Shown: positions 40,099 through 50,526, counted from the first letter of the stretch. The stretch: DNA of 64,000 nucleotides from an uncultured Verrucomicrobiae bacterium (GCA_963764165.1 CAVXRD010000002.1:3168001-3232000), one strand, 5' to 3'. Numbers and translations are program-made. The notes: a model not told the origin generated them from the letters alone.

Positions 40099-41775
40099 AT
40101 GGCCACTAAAAATCAAAATCCACCCAAGAACGGAGCTGAGGTCGTCGTGCGAGCGCTTGAGGCCCACGGTGTCAATTATGTTTTCGGCATTCCGGGGGCA
40201 AAAATCGATGCGGTCTTCAACGCTCTTGTTGATTCGGACATAAAAACCGTCGTCTGCCGTCACGAACAAAACGCCGCCTTTATCGCCGGAGGAATTGGTC
40301 GGATGACGGGCAAAGCTGGCGTGGCCATAGCCACTTCCGGTCCAGGAGTGTCCAATCTCGTGACTGGATTGGCTACCGCTACTTCGGAAGGAGATCCAAT
40401 GGTCGCCTTAGGCGGAGCCGTAGCGACAGATGAAAGCCTGAAGCAAATCCATCAAACGATGGACTCCGTTTCGCTTTGCAAACCAGTGACCAAGTTCAGC
40501 GCTGCTGTCGGAGCACCGCGTGCGATAACCGAAGTTGTCTATAACGCGTTTCGCGCGGCGGAGTCGGGCCGCCCCGGAGCCGCCTTTGTCAGCCTGCCGA
40601 AGGACATCATGGCGGCTGACGCCAATGCCCGGCTTCTGACGCCTCCTGCACTTACGGGCTTGGGCCCAGCAGATGGCACAGCGATCGCGGAAGCCGCCCG
40701 ATTGATACAGGCCGCCGAAACGCCGGTTGTACTTCTGGGCTTGCTGGCAAGCAGAGCCGCCAATGCCGATGCAGCTAGGAATTTTATAGATGTTAACCAT
40801 CTGCCTGTTGTTGGAACATTTCAGGCGGCGGGAGCCGTATCCGCGCATTTACTGGATAATTTTGGTGGACGCATTGGGCAACTTGCGAATCAGCCCGCGG
40901 ATAAGCTACTTCAGGCGGCAGACCTTGTCATCACAGTTGGCTACGATCCAGTCGAATATGATCCCTCGATCTGGAACAAGGTTGGAGTTCGTAAGATCAT
41001 TCACATCGATGTTCTCCCGGCGGATCTTGATGCATGCTATTCTCCATCCATCGAACTCATCGGAGACATCTCCCAAACGCTCTCAGCCCTAATTCCTTTG
41101 TGCAAACGAAGCCGACGTTCTGCGGTGGCGGATGGCATCCTTAAAACTATTGCAGCCGGGCGAATTCATTTTAACGAAACTGCGTCGAAGAAGAACGGAG
41201 TTCCGATCCACCCGACGAGAATCATTTTCGAGCTGCAGCAGATACTGAACTCGGATGTGACGGTCTGTCTGGATATGGGGTCGTTTCATTTGTGGATTGC
41301 CCATCACCTTTATAGCTTTAAAGCCAGGCAAATTTTGATATCCAATGGTCAGCAAACACTTGGTGTTGCGATGCCTTGGGCCATTGCCGCTACGCTTGTG
41401 AGACCCGGCGAAAAAGTATTATCCATCTCGGGCGACGGCGGTTTTTTGTTTTCTGCCATGGAATTGGAAACAGCGGTTCGTCTGAAATGTAATCTCGTTC
41501 ACATGATCTGGATCGATGGCACTTATGACATGGTGGCGGTGCAAGAAATACAGAAATACGGGCGCGCATCCGGAACCGATTTCGGGCCTATTGATTACGT
41601 AAAGTATGCCGAGGCTTTCGGGGCAACGGGACTCATGATTCGCACTGCGGAGGAAATAAGGTCCGTCTTGACAAAAGCGTTTGATACGCCGGGACCGGTG
41701 CTGGTCGGAATCCATGTCGACTACCGCGATAATCATACGCTCTTCGAAATGATCCACGAAGGCAGTTTGCATTAG
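40099..41775 (+). CDS. alsS: catabolic acetolactate synthase
   Basis: FGIPGAKID, RHEQNAAF, SNGQQTLGVA, SGDGGF, VDYRDN. Confidence 0.93.
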   Translation: MATKNQNPPKNGAEVVVRALEAHGVNYVFGIPGAKIDAVFNALVDSDIKTVVCRHEQNAAFIAGGIGRMTGKAGVAIATSGPGVSNLVTGLATATSEGDPMVALGGAVATDESLKQIHQTMDSVSLCKPVTKFSAAVGAPRAITEVVYNAFRAAESGRPGAAFVSLPKDIMAADANARLLTPPALTGLGPADGTAIAEAARLIQAAETPVVLLGLLASRAANADAARNFIDVNHLPVVGTFQAAGAVSAHLLDNFGGRIGQLANQPADKLLQAADLVITVGYDPVEYDPSIWNKVGVRKIIHIDVLPADLDACYSPSIELIGDISQTLSALIPLCKRSRRSAVADGILKTIAAGRIHFNETASKKNGVPIHPTRIIFELQQILNSDVTVCLDMGSFHLWIAHHLYSFKARQILISNGQQTLGVAMPWAIAATLVRPGEKVLSISGDGGFLFSAMELETAVRLKCNLVHMIWIDGTYDMVAVQEIQKYGRASGTDFGPIDYVKYAEAFGATGLMIRTAEEIRSVLTKAFDTPGPVLVGIHVDYRDNHTLFEMIHEGSLH

Positions 41776-41938
41776 AGCGTGTTTTAAAAATAGCTTGGGC
41801 GGTCTTGCGGCGGGCAGGGCGGCTGGCTTCGTTGCTCCTCAGTCGAAGATCCACGAGGGATATTCTCCTTCGTCGCGCCTCGCCAGCCTCCCCGCCGCGC
41901 TCGCAATCCCTATCCCAAGCTATTTTCAAAACACGCTC
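41775..41938. mobile_element. 164-bp MITE with 25-bp TIRs and TTA target duplication (IS5-like)
   Basis: GAGCGTGTTTTAAAAATAGCTTGGG / CCCAAGCTATTTTCAAAACACGCTC (24/25 match), TTA on both sides. Confidence 0.85.
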
Positions 41939-42258
41939 TTAGGCAGGCGTCGTGCCAGGCGATTCCTTCAGCACGCCGTAAAAGGGCTGAGGCGCTGAGT
42001 CCGAAAACATTCGAGCTGATGATGGCTTGTTCGCATTCGTTCACTGGCAGCCCCGGAACTGACTCGAAAGGAGTAGGCGACATTCACTCCGCCGCAATAA
42101 ACGGAATACCGCCGCAAGCAAAGTATGAATCATCGCCGCAGACCGCTAAAGTCGATTCGCCGATGAAATCATCACAGCCTTCAATGCCAAGCGCCGCCCG
42201 GCCTTTGAGTCTGCGTTCAAATCGAAGGCAATAAATTTAACTCACGAGGAAATCGTCT

Positions 42259-43368
42259 ATGCCCTATCAGAGCGTTAATCCCGCGACTGGCGAATTACTG
42301 CAAACATTCGAAGAACACTCTAATCAACAAATGTTTGAGGCGTTGGCCGCGGCGGACAATGTTTATCGCAATTTCTGGTCCACGGCGACTTACAAGGAGC
42401 GCGCCAAATGCATCGGCAGAGCAGCGGCGCTCATGCTCCAGCAGAAAGACGCACTCTCACGCCTTTCCACAATTGAAATGGGAAAACGGATCGCGGAGAG
42501 CCGGAGCGAGGTGGAGCTGAGCGCGGCCATTTTGAAATACTACGCTGATAATGGGGAGAAGTTTCTTGCGCCTCGCGACTTGAACTCTGTCATGGGGGAT
42601 GTCCTGGCCAACCAGCAGAAGAATGCAGAGATCGACCGTTTGTTTCATGAATTGCTGGCCGCAGCAGTTCCGAATGGTATCCAAGCCGCCTCACTCTGGC
42701 AGAACCGAGTAGAGTATCTCGCCCGCGCCAGTCGATGGAATGACGCCACGGAAGCTGCGATCCAAGTCCTCAGTCTTCGCCCATCTGACCCCGAGAGTTA
42801 CCACACGCTAGCCCCACTCTTTGCGATAACCGGAAACGCTAGTGCTTATGAGGAACTTTGCGAAAAGTTAGCCGCCCGTTTTCCAAGCACGAACGATCCG
42901 GTTGTTGCCGCCAAATTGGCCGAGGATTGTCTGCTGCTTCCGCGACCCGGAGTGGACTTGAAGGTGGCTGGTGGCCTTGCCGACTCGGCTGTCACTGTTC
43001 GCCATAACACGACCTCGAACGCCGTATTCGAGTGTTGCAATGCCTTGACGGAATATCGGCTGGGGCATTGGAACGAGGCCACTCATTGGGCGCGTCGTGC
43101 CCCCACTAATGCCCCGCCTTTCGCACGAGCCAAGGCTTTTGCCGTCCTCAGTCTGGCGCAGTTCGAAATGGGTCAAGTTGAAGCGGCGCGCACGAATCTA
43201 TCGGCATGTGAACAGCTCGTTAAAGCTCAACTGCTGGCGCCCGATGCCCATGATCTGGGTCGAGAGTGGCGTGACTGGGTCATCGTCCATTCACTATTAA
43301 ACGAAGCTCAAGACCTCATTCGTTCGCCGACTGCCATTACAGAAACGCCTCAGCCAACAAACAAATGA
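42259..43368 (+). pseudogene. in-frame chimera: succinate-semialdehyde dehydrogenase N-terminus plus STK C-terminal TPR region
   Basis: YQSVNPATGE..EMGKRI..YYADN up to about 42600; remainder resembles the C-terminus of 29948-32152 (YH.LAPL, LA.DCL.LP, DLG..WRDW.IVH.L..EA). Confidence 0.85.
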
Positions 43369-43466
43369 GGATTCGATTTGGCCGTCTCTTTTCCCACGTT
43401 GCGGCAATTGGACAAAACGAAATGGCTGAATTAATCTTTTATGGTGATCAGGCCACTTCATCGAAA

Positions 43467-44021
43467 ATGAGCGACGCCACTGCCATTTTGACTGCTTTGG
43501 AGCGCGGCGGGCCAAACGGAGGCGAACAGCTATTTGTTCTCGTTTACGAAGAACTGCGCCGGATGGCCGCCACCAAGATGGCTCGCGAAGCGCCCGGGCA
43601 GACCATACAGCCGACCGAATTAGTGCATGAAGCCTGGTTGCGCTTGATGGGACGCGAAAATCAAAAATTTGCAAATCGCGCGCACTTTTTCTCCGCCGCT
43701 GGCGAAGCCATGCGCCGCATATTGATTGACAGGGCACGCAAGAAACTCACCGTCCGTCACGGCGGTAATTTCGAGAGGATTGACCTGGAGGTGCAGGATT
43801 TTGCCGCGCCCGGCACTGACCAGCAACTGCTGGCCGTGCATGAGGTCCTTGACAGCCTCGCCAAGGATCATCCCGTGGAAGCTGAAGTGGTGAAATTGCG
43901 ATACTTTGCCGGCATGACGAACGAGGAGACGGCGCAGGCTCTCGGCATTTCTCTCACCACCACAAAATGCTATTGGACATTCGCCCGCACGTGGATTCTC
44001 CATGCCCTTGAACATTCCTAG
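43467..44021 (+). CDS. second STK-associated ECF sigma factor
   Basis: VYEELRRMA, TIQPTELVHEAWLRL, VVKLRYF; paralog of 32260. Confidence 0.93.
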   Translation: MSDATAILTALERGGPNGGEQLFVLVYEELRRMAATKMAREAPGQTIQPTELVHEAWLRLMGRENQKFANRAHFFSAAGEAMRRILIDRARKKLTVRHGGNFERIDLEVQDFAAPGTDQQLLAVHEVLDSLAKDHPVEAEVVKLRYFAGMTNEETAQALGISLTTTKCYWTFARTWILHALEHS

Positions 44022-44180
44022 TCCCGTCCAGTCCTCCTTCCGATAAAAGAGCGCAACGTGGCGCCGTCACCGATGCCGAGAATCTTCGACGATATCGGTC
44101 ACTTGGCCCACGTTTCGCACGACCGTCGATGACCCGTCCGCGCGAGAAATTCGCCAGCGGAATAAATCTTCAGCAGCAAG

Positions 44181-44209
44181 CGGCCTGTTTGCCTTAAATT
44201 CTCGCTTGT
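44181..44209 (+). promoter_or_regulatory. putative ECF promoter motif (copy 4, before operon 2)
   Basis: cggcctgtttgccttaa-attctcgcttgt. Confidence 0.5.
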
Positions 44210-44264
44210 ATCTTTGGCGGAAGATACCGCCCGCGAAACAAACTTGCGGCAGCCGCGACTCAAT

Positions 44265-45122
44265 ATGCAAACAAACCGAGGAATTGGCCCGGCCCCTTCG
44301 ATGCTAACCAAGCTGTCTTTTGTTATCTTCGCGCTATGGGCGGTTGCGTCTGTCACTCCAAACGCCAAAGCGCAGGACGGCCAGAATGAAAGCAACACTA
44401 CGGAACTTGCGAAAAAGACACAAAATCCAGTGGCGGATGTCATTAGCGTCCCGGTCGAAAATTACTTCTACTTCAACGCCGGTCCGAATCACGAGACGCT
44501 CTATAATCTCAACGTAAAGCCAGTCATCCCGTTCCACCTAAACGCGGACTGGAACCTGATCACGCGGACGATCATACCTGTCTTCAATGAGCCATCGCTA
44601 TCACGAGGCTCTCGCTCCGCGCTTGGACTGGGAGATGTAAACCCCAGCTTTTATCTCTCACCCGCCAAGTCCAGTGGATTTATTTGGGGTATCGGCCCGA
44701 CCTTTACACTTCCGACGGCGTCGTCCGATGTATTTGGAAGTGGAAAGTTTAGCATGGGGCCATCGGCTGTCGCGCTTGTCAATCGGGGGCCGTGGCTTTT
44801 CGGGGCGCTCGCCTACAACCAGTGGTCGGTCACTGGCTGGGGCAGGCAAAACGTGAACGAAATGCTGATTCAACCGTTCGCAAATTACAATTTCGGCAAA
44901 GGGTGGCATTTGTCGACCGGGCCTCTTATCACGGCGAATTGGGAGGCGGATAGCAGACAGCAATGGACAGTGCCAGTCGGGGCCGGGATCGGCAAACTGG
45001 TTTGGTTGGGCAAACTCCCGGCTGACTTTCTGATCCAGGCCTACTCGAATGTGGAGCGGCCGAAATATGCCCCTGACTGGGAGCTCCGCTGTCAAATTAC
45101 ATTCCTCCTTCCACGATTCTAA
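44265..45122 (+). CDS. outer-membrane beta-barrel, transporter-like
   Basis: Signal peptide; LAKKTQNPVA, WNLITRTIIP, GLGD, WTVPVG. Confidence 0.75.
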   Translation: MQTNRGIGPAPSMLTKLSFVIFALWAVASVTPNAKAQDGQNESNTTELAKKTQNPVADVISVPVENYFYFNAGPNHETLYNLNVKPVIPFHLNADWNLITRTIIPVFNEPSLSRGSRSALGLGDVNPSFYLSPAKSSGFIWGIGPTFTLPTASSDVFGSGKFSMGPSAVALVNRGPWLFGALAYNQWSVTGWGRQNVNEMLIQPFANYNFGKGWHLSTGPLITANWEADSRQQWTVPVGAGIGKLVWLGKLPADFLIQAYSNVERPKYAPDWELRCQITFLLPRF

Positions 45123-46120
45123 TGCCTCCGCTGTCGTCGCAAATGAAGTCAAAGCCGGCAAGGCGTTTATCCGCCGTGTCCGTCGCACTGGCTGTGTTGG
45201 TTTTGGCCGCGAATTCTAACGCAAAAGCGGGCGAAACCAACAACGTCGCGGGTGCCAACAGCACTTCCATTCCCCCAGAAAAGCCCACGCCGTTACCGTT
45301 GCATCAGATCGGCGGAAGCGGAGGGGTCTTTGTTACGCTGTCAGCCTACATCGTCAACCCGCCTCGAAACGGCGAATTGGTGGGACGGCCAGCCGTGGGA
45401 TTCTCGTATGCCAATCTTGGCCACGGAGAAAACCTCGAGGCGCCAACGATCAGTGAATCGCCATTCAAACGGCTTGAATTGAGTTACGGGTGGGACCGCT
45501 TTGGTCTGGGCGACCTGCCGCAGGCGCTAAGAAACGCCGGCCTCGCTACTTATCACCAAAACGAGGTGCAACTGCACAATCTCAATACCCGGCTGCAACT
45601 TCTGAAGGAGGACGAGTTCGATCAAAAATGGATTCCCGCGCTGACCTTTGGCGCCCATTACAAATACAACGATGGCATTAGCGAGGTGAACAAAGAAGTC
45701 TTCGGGTTGTTGGCCAGCCACGGCATTAGAAGAAGCCACGGATTGGACTACACGCTTTACGCAACGAAAATGTTCACACAACTGCCGGTGCCTGTCCTGC
45801 TTGACATTGGCGGACGCGCCACTGAAGGCGTGTGGGAAGGATTGGGTGGGTTTACTGACAGTTATAATTTTGTCTTCGAAGGCAACCTCGCGGTGTTTCT
45901 AAGCCACCATCTGGCGCTTGCGGCGGAGTATAAGCAACAGCCGACGGACTATCAGCCGATCGGCAGTCTGGTCCAGAAGGCAGATGATTGGTTCACGGCG
46001 GACACCGTATACATCGTCAACAGCCACATGACGCTCGCGGCAGGATACGCTCACTTCGGCAAGATGTTAAATCACGAGGCCAATGGTGTCTGGGGCATAA
46101 CCGCAAAATGGGAATTTTAG
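45122..46120 (+). CDS. DUF3034-like outer-membrane protein
   Basis: Signal peptide; QIGGSGG, D.TLYATK, AEYKQQP; terminal WEF. Confidence 0.7.
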   Translation: MPPLSSQMKSKPARRLSAVSVALAVLVLAANSNAKAGETNNVAGANSTSIPPEKPTPLPLHQIGGSGGVFVTLSAYIVNPPRNGELVGRPAVGFSYANLGHGENLEAPTISESPFKRLELSYGWDRFGLGDLPQALRNAGLATYHQNEVQLHNLNTRLQLLKEDEFDQKWIPALTFGAHYKYNDGISEVNKEVFGLLASHGIRRSHGLDYTLYATKMFTQLPVPVLLDIGGRATEGVWEGLGGFTDSYNFVFEGNLAVFLSHHLALAAEYKQQPTDYQPIGSLVQKADDWFTADTVYIVNSHMTLAAGYAHFGKMLNHEANGVWGITAKWEF

Positions 46121-46216
46121 CAAATCTATGCGCCGAAGGAGATAGCACAGCCGATCCAAAAAGAGAACACCGCAGGGCAACTATTGAAAACATAACGATC
46201 CAACAAAAGGACAAAT

Positions 46217-47899
46217 ATGAAAGCCATCAAAAGCGAGAGAAAAGCGGATACTACCATTGTCATCGATTACATCGTTCAGAGACTTGCCGACGAGGGCATT
46301 GAGCATTGCTTCGGCGTGCCGGGTGACTACGCTTTTCCAGTTTGCGATGCCGTCGAGCGCAACCAAAAGATCAAATGGATCGGCTGCTCAAATGAATTGA
46401 ATGCATCGTACGCCGCCGATGGCTACGCACGGGTCCGTGGGGCCGCAATGCTATCGACGACTTATGCCGTGGGAGAGTTGTCGGCGATCAACGGAGTCAT
46501 GGGTGCGAAGGCAGAGCACTCCCTCGTCTATCATGTGGTTGGAGTTCCTTCTTACCAGAACCAGCGTCTGCGCAAGAGCATGCACCACACCTTCGGAGAT
46601 GGGAATTTCGGAAATTTTGTTAATATTTCGGCGCAATCGGCCTGCTGTCACGCCGTGATTAATCCGGACAACTGCATCATCGAGATGGAGCGAGTCATCG
46701 CCGAGGCGCGCCGCAATAATCAGCCCGCCTATATCGTTGTCCCAGGAGACTACGCTCTGGCAGCGGTAACACCATATAAGGTTCAGCCATTGACACTCAA
46801 ATCCAACGAGGCTTCGCTGGGAAAAGCGATCGCCGCGGTAACCGATCGGCTCGCGAAAGCGAAATCCATAGTCGCCATTCCAGCGTTCACGTTGTCGCGG
46901 CTCCGCTTGCAAACAGAGGCCCGGCAGGCAATCGAGGCGCTAGGCTGCGCGTTCGTCACCACCGCGATGGAGAAATGCATCATCGACGAAAGCCACCCGC
47001 AATTTGCCGGGATGTATGCGGGTGCGTTGTCGGCGCAGAATACGCGGCAAATAGTAGAGAATGCCGAGGTGGTTCTTGATCTCGGCGGGGTCAGCCTGAA
47101 CGACGAAACTACCATCGCTTTTTCTGGCCGGATTGATCCTTCGCGATTCGTCTCCATCGGGCTGAATGATGTTCGAGTGGGCGAGCAGGTATTCGGAAAC
47201 GTGCGCCTTGCAGACATGCTGGCGGGGATCGCGAAGCTTAAGCCATGTGGGACTCCTTACCATCGAACCCCGGTGAGTATTTCGCCGCCCATAGGAAACC
47301 CGTCGGACAAAATCACCATGGATGCTCTCTATTCACGTTATGCGGCGTTTATCAAGGCAGGCGATAACTTGGTGTTGGAAAGTGGCAGCTCAAGCATCGG
47401 GCTGGCGCCCGTGACGCTGACAGATGATGTGCAGTTGCATATTCAAATGCTATGGGGATCCATCGGGTGGGCCACTGGGGCCACGTTTGGGATTGCGCTC
47501 GCTGACCTCAGCCGAAGAACGATCCTTATCACTGGCGAAGGTTCCCATCAGCTAACCGCCAACGAGATCGGAAACATGGGTCGCTTCCAAGCCAACCCGA
47601 TTATTTTCGTCCTTAATAACGATGGCTACCTGGTGGAGCGGGCGTTGGAACTAAATCCAGACTGGTCCTACAACGATCTGGCAAAATGGCATTATGCGGA
47701 TTTGCCGCGAGCTCTCGGATGCGATGACTGGTTCACGGCGCGTGTCGAAACACTCGGCGAACTTGACGACGCCATGAAAGCGGCCCGAAAGAGCAAAGCG
47801 GGCGCATATATCGAAATCATCGGCGGACGAATGGATATGCCCGAAGGCCTCGCTTACGCGCATACCCGTCTTAAGGAAATGTACGGAGATACTCCATAA
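46217..47899 (+). CDS. ThDP-dependent alpha-keto acid (pyruvate/indolepyruvate) decarboxylase
   Basis: FGVPGDY, NELNASYAADGYAR, HHT, WGSIGW, GEGSHQLT, NNDGY. Confidence 0.92.
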   Translation: MKAIKSERKADTTIVIDYIVQRLADEGIEHCFGVPGDYAFPVCDAVERNQKIKWIGCSNELNASYAADGYARVRGAAMLSTTYAVGELSAINGVMGAKAEHSLVYHVVGVPSYQNQRLRKSMHHTFGDGNFGNFVNISAQSACCHAVINPDNCIIEMERVIAEARRNNQPAYIVVPGDYALAAVTPYKVQPLTLKSNEASLGKAIAAVTDRLAKAKSIVAIPAFTLSRLRLQTEARQAIEALGCAFVTTAMEKCIIDESHPQFAGMYAGALSAQNTRQIVENAEVVLDLGGVSLNDETTIAFSGRIDPSRFVSIGLNDVRVGEQVFGNVRLADMLAGIAKLKPCGTPYHRTPVSISPPIGNPSDKITMDALYSRYAAFIKAGDNLVLESGSSSIGLAPVTLTDDVQLHIQMLWGSIGWATGATFGIALADLSRRTILITGEGSHQLTANEIGNMGRFQANPIIFVLNNDGYLVERALELNPDWSYNDLAKWHYADLPRALGCDDWFTARVETLGELDDAMKAARKSKAGAYIEIIGGRMDMPEGLAYAHTRLKEMYGDTP

Positions 47900-47906
47900 C
47901 AACGCC

Positions 47907-48881
47907 ATGAATAAATTTCGAATTTTCACGGATTTCGCCGCGCCGCCGGATGTTTTGGAGCTGTTTCGAGCTGGTACCAAAGGACACGAATTGGTATTTG
48001 CAGCGACGACCGTCTCTTCCGTTCTGGCCACGGCTGGACGGGATCCTCAGTTTGCGACGGTGGATATCGCATTTGGCCAGCCCGACCCCGAAGCAATTAT
48101 GGAAGCCAAACATCTCAAGTGGATCCACATTAGTTCCTCCGGGATCACCCGCTACGACAACCCGCCATTTCGAGCGCTGATGGCCGGACGCAAAATCGCC
48201 CTTACCAACAGCGCCTCCGTTTATAACGAGGCGTGCGCTCTTCACGTCCTGAGCTTCATTACGGCGCAGGCCAGGCAATTGCCAAGGGGACTCAAGAGCC
48301 ACGCGGTCACAGGCACGGTGGAGTGGCAGGAGCTTCGCGCTTCCTGCGGGACGCTTCGGAGCGAAAACGTCTTGATTTTGGGTTACGGCGCCATCGGCAA
48401 AAGGCTGGCCGAGCTGCTCCGGCCCTTTGATTTGAATATCGTCGCATACCGCCGAAAGCCGCGCGGCGATGAAGGATTGCAAACAATTACCAAACAGCAA
48501 CTGCCCGACGCGCTCGCCGAGGCCCATCACATTGTTAATCTCCTTCCCGACAGCGCGGAAACTCGGCACTTCTTCAATTCTGCGCGATTTGCGATGGTTA
48601 GGCCGGGCGCGATTTTTTACAACATTGGCCGTGGGACAACGGTGGATCAGGATGCCCTGCTTGCCGGCTTGCGCTCTGGGACAATCGGATCCGCCTGGCT
48701 GGATGTGACCGATCCTGAGGTATTGCCGGACGAAAGTCCGTTGAGGAGGCAATCGAATTGTTTTATCACTCCGCACATTGCTGGCGGCCATACCCACGAA
48801 GCCGAAACGCTGGTCGCGCATTTCCTTGGAAATTTTGATCGTTTTGTTCGAGGAGAGCCATTGTTGGACCGCGTCATGTAG
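47907..48881 (+). CDS. D-2-hydroxyacid dehydrogenase
   Basis: GYGAIG, NIGRG, LDVTDPE, TPHIAG. Confidence 0.9.
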   Translation: MNKFRIFTDFAAPPDVLELFRAGTKGHELVFAATTVSSVLATAGRDPQFATVDIAFGQPDPEAIMEAKHLKWIHISSSGITRYDNPPFRALMAGRKIALTNSASVYNEACALHVLSFITAQARQLPRGLKSHAVTGTVEWQELRASCGTLRSENVLILGYGAIGKRLAELLRPFDLNIVAYRRKPRGDEGLQTITKQQLPDALAEAHHIVNLLPDSAETRHFFNSARFAMVRPGAIFYNIGRGTTVDQDALLAGLRSGTIGSAWLDVTDPEVLPDESPLRRQSNCFITPHIAGGHTHEAETLVAHFLGNFDRFVRGEPLLDRVM

Positions 48882-48940
48882 CAAGTCCATGCGCGGTTTT
48901 CAGCGAATGCTTCCTCATTCCTGCGCCGCCAGCCACCACG

Positions 48941-49537
48941 TTAATTGGCTTTGGCAAAATCCGCTCTTAAGCTCTCCAGAATTTCGCGCAGATCGGTTTC
49001 CCAGGCGACCATAAGTTCTGTCGGAGTTTTCCGCGCCAATGCTGATTCGTGCGAATACGTTTTATTGACTAAGACACGTCCGGCAAATCCGCCATCGGCT
49101 TGGTAAACGACAAAATGAATTTCCATGACTCCGCCAGGATGCGAGGGTTGCCGAAAGTCTCCGCAGAGTTCAGTGACGGTGGCTTCCACCAACACATTGG
49201 GGATCAGTGCGCTGCCGGGTTCCGCCAGGTTCCCGAAGGCGCGGCTGTTGCGCATCCAGCTCCGCATGGCTTCTGCCACGGCCCTTTCAGGCGAGATCAG
49301 AAAGCCCGCATAGGGATCATGCTCGTAAGCATTCTCGCCGACCTCGTAGGTGAACGACTGGCTTTGAAAGAGCGGTGAAATCGAAACGCGCTTCAAGGCA
49401 ATCACGTTTGTGGTCGCCCCATTGGCGGGCGGGGCAGCGGGCACGGAAAAGGCAAAAGTTTGTCGCTTCCACACTGGATTGGCGCCGCACCCGCAGAAAA
49501 ACGCGGCGGCAAGCATATAGGACAAGGCGATTCTCAT
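48941..49537 (-). CDS. PqiC-like ABC auxiliary lipoprotein
   Basis: Lipobox-like FFCGC; last gene of the Mla-like operon. Confidence 0.75.
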   Translation of the reverse strand: MRIALSYMLAAAFFCGCGANPVWKRQTFAFSVPAAPPANGATTNVIALKRVSISPLFQSQSFTYEVGENAYEHDPYAGFLISPERAVAEAMRSWMRNSRAFGNLAEPGSALIPNVLVEATVTELCGDFRQPSHPGGVMEIHFVVYQADGGFAGRVLVNKTYSHESALARKTPTELMVAWETDLREILESLRADFAKAN

Positions 49538-50526
49538 TTTTTTGGCGGCGTTTCCATCTGAGTGGCCGGTTTGGGCGGTTTGCTGAACAGAACGGAGGAA
49601 GGTTGCTGTTGCAGTTTTTGGAGCAGGACAATTAATTCGTCCGTGGCCGCGCGCACGTTGGCGAGCGATTCGCTCAACTCCCGCGCGTCGACATTTGCCA
49701 GCGTGCGGCGTAAATCAACTGCGGCGACCGAAATCTTGGCTTCCAAATCTGCCGTGTCGCGGCTGAGGCCGGGTAAATCGGCGCCGTGAATGGCGTCCTG
49801 CGCGGTGGAAAGGGTTTGTCGTGCTCTGTCAAGAGTTCGTTGCAGGCCGCGGTTGGTTTCCCTAAATTCGACGACCAATGAATTGGCGTTGGTGCCAATC
49901 TGTTGGAAGTCCACCTTGTCCACGTCCTTCGCAAGATGATTAGCTGTGTCAATAAGAACACCAGCCCGCGCCAGCAAATTCGTCAGATCAAGGTCTTCCG
50001 CATTCCGCAGGCTTTTTTCCAGTGAGGTCATGAGCCGGTTGAATTGACTCGGGGCGGAAGGGATGAAGTAATGGAGCGGCTTCCATCGAGCAGGCTCTGC
50101 GGGATACATCCGAGGGTCGACGTATTCAAGCGCCACGATGCCGGCCCCGAGAAATCCCTGGCCCTGGACACGGGCGCGCAGGCCATCCGCAATTTCGGCA
50201 TCGAGCGTTTTTTGCACGTCGCCAGGTTCCTCGCTCCAGACGGTGTTTTTGGGAATCTCAAACTGGATGACGACATACTTGTTGTTAAATCCCGGGTAGT
50301 CCTTGCCAGCAAAGTGGATTGAGGAAACCTTGCCGATGGGCACCCCGCGGAGCATGACCAGCGCGCCTACGGAAAGATTCTCCACTTTGCCCGTGACGCA
50401 CGTTTCATAGACATCTTTTTGGCCAAAATAACTTCGCAACCCCATCGCGAAAAGCGCTCCGATTAGCAACAGCGCGCCAACCACGACAAACAGCCCGATT
50501 CGAAAATGGTGTGTCCGAGTGCTCAT
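49534..50526 (-). CDS. MlaD/MCE-domain protein
   Basis: IGLFV TM; LSVGALV.LRGVPIGKV; helical tail. Confidence 0.88.
   Translation of the reverse strand: MSTRTHHFRIGLFVVVGALLLIGALFAMGLRSYFGQKDVYETCVTGKVENLSVGALVMLRGVPIGKVSSIHFAGKDYPGFNNKYVVIQFEIPKNTVWSEEPGDVQKTLDAEIADGLRARVQGQGFLGAGIVALEYVDPRMYPAEPARWKPLHYFIPSAPSQFNRLMTSLEKSLRNAEDLDLTNLLARAGVLIDTANHLAKDVDKVDFQQIGTNANSLVVEFRETNRGLQRTLDRARQTLSTAQDAIHGADLPGLSRDTADLEAKISVAAVDLRRTLANVDARELSESLANVRAATDELIVLLQKLQQQPSSVLFSKPPKPATQMETPPKK

Noticed and set aside
41942..42240. Gene between the MITE and the sad chimera
   Set aside because: Only short ORFs with no recognisable product
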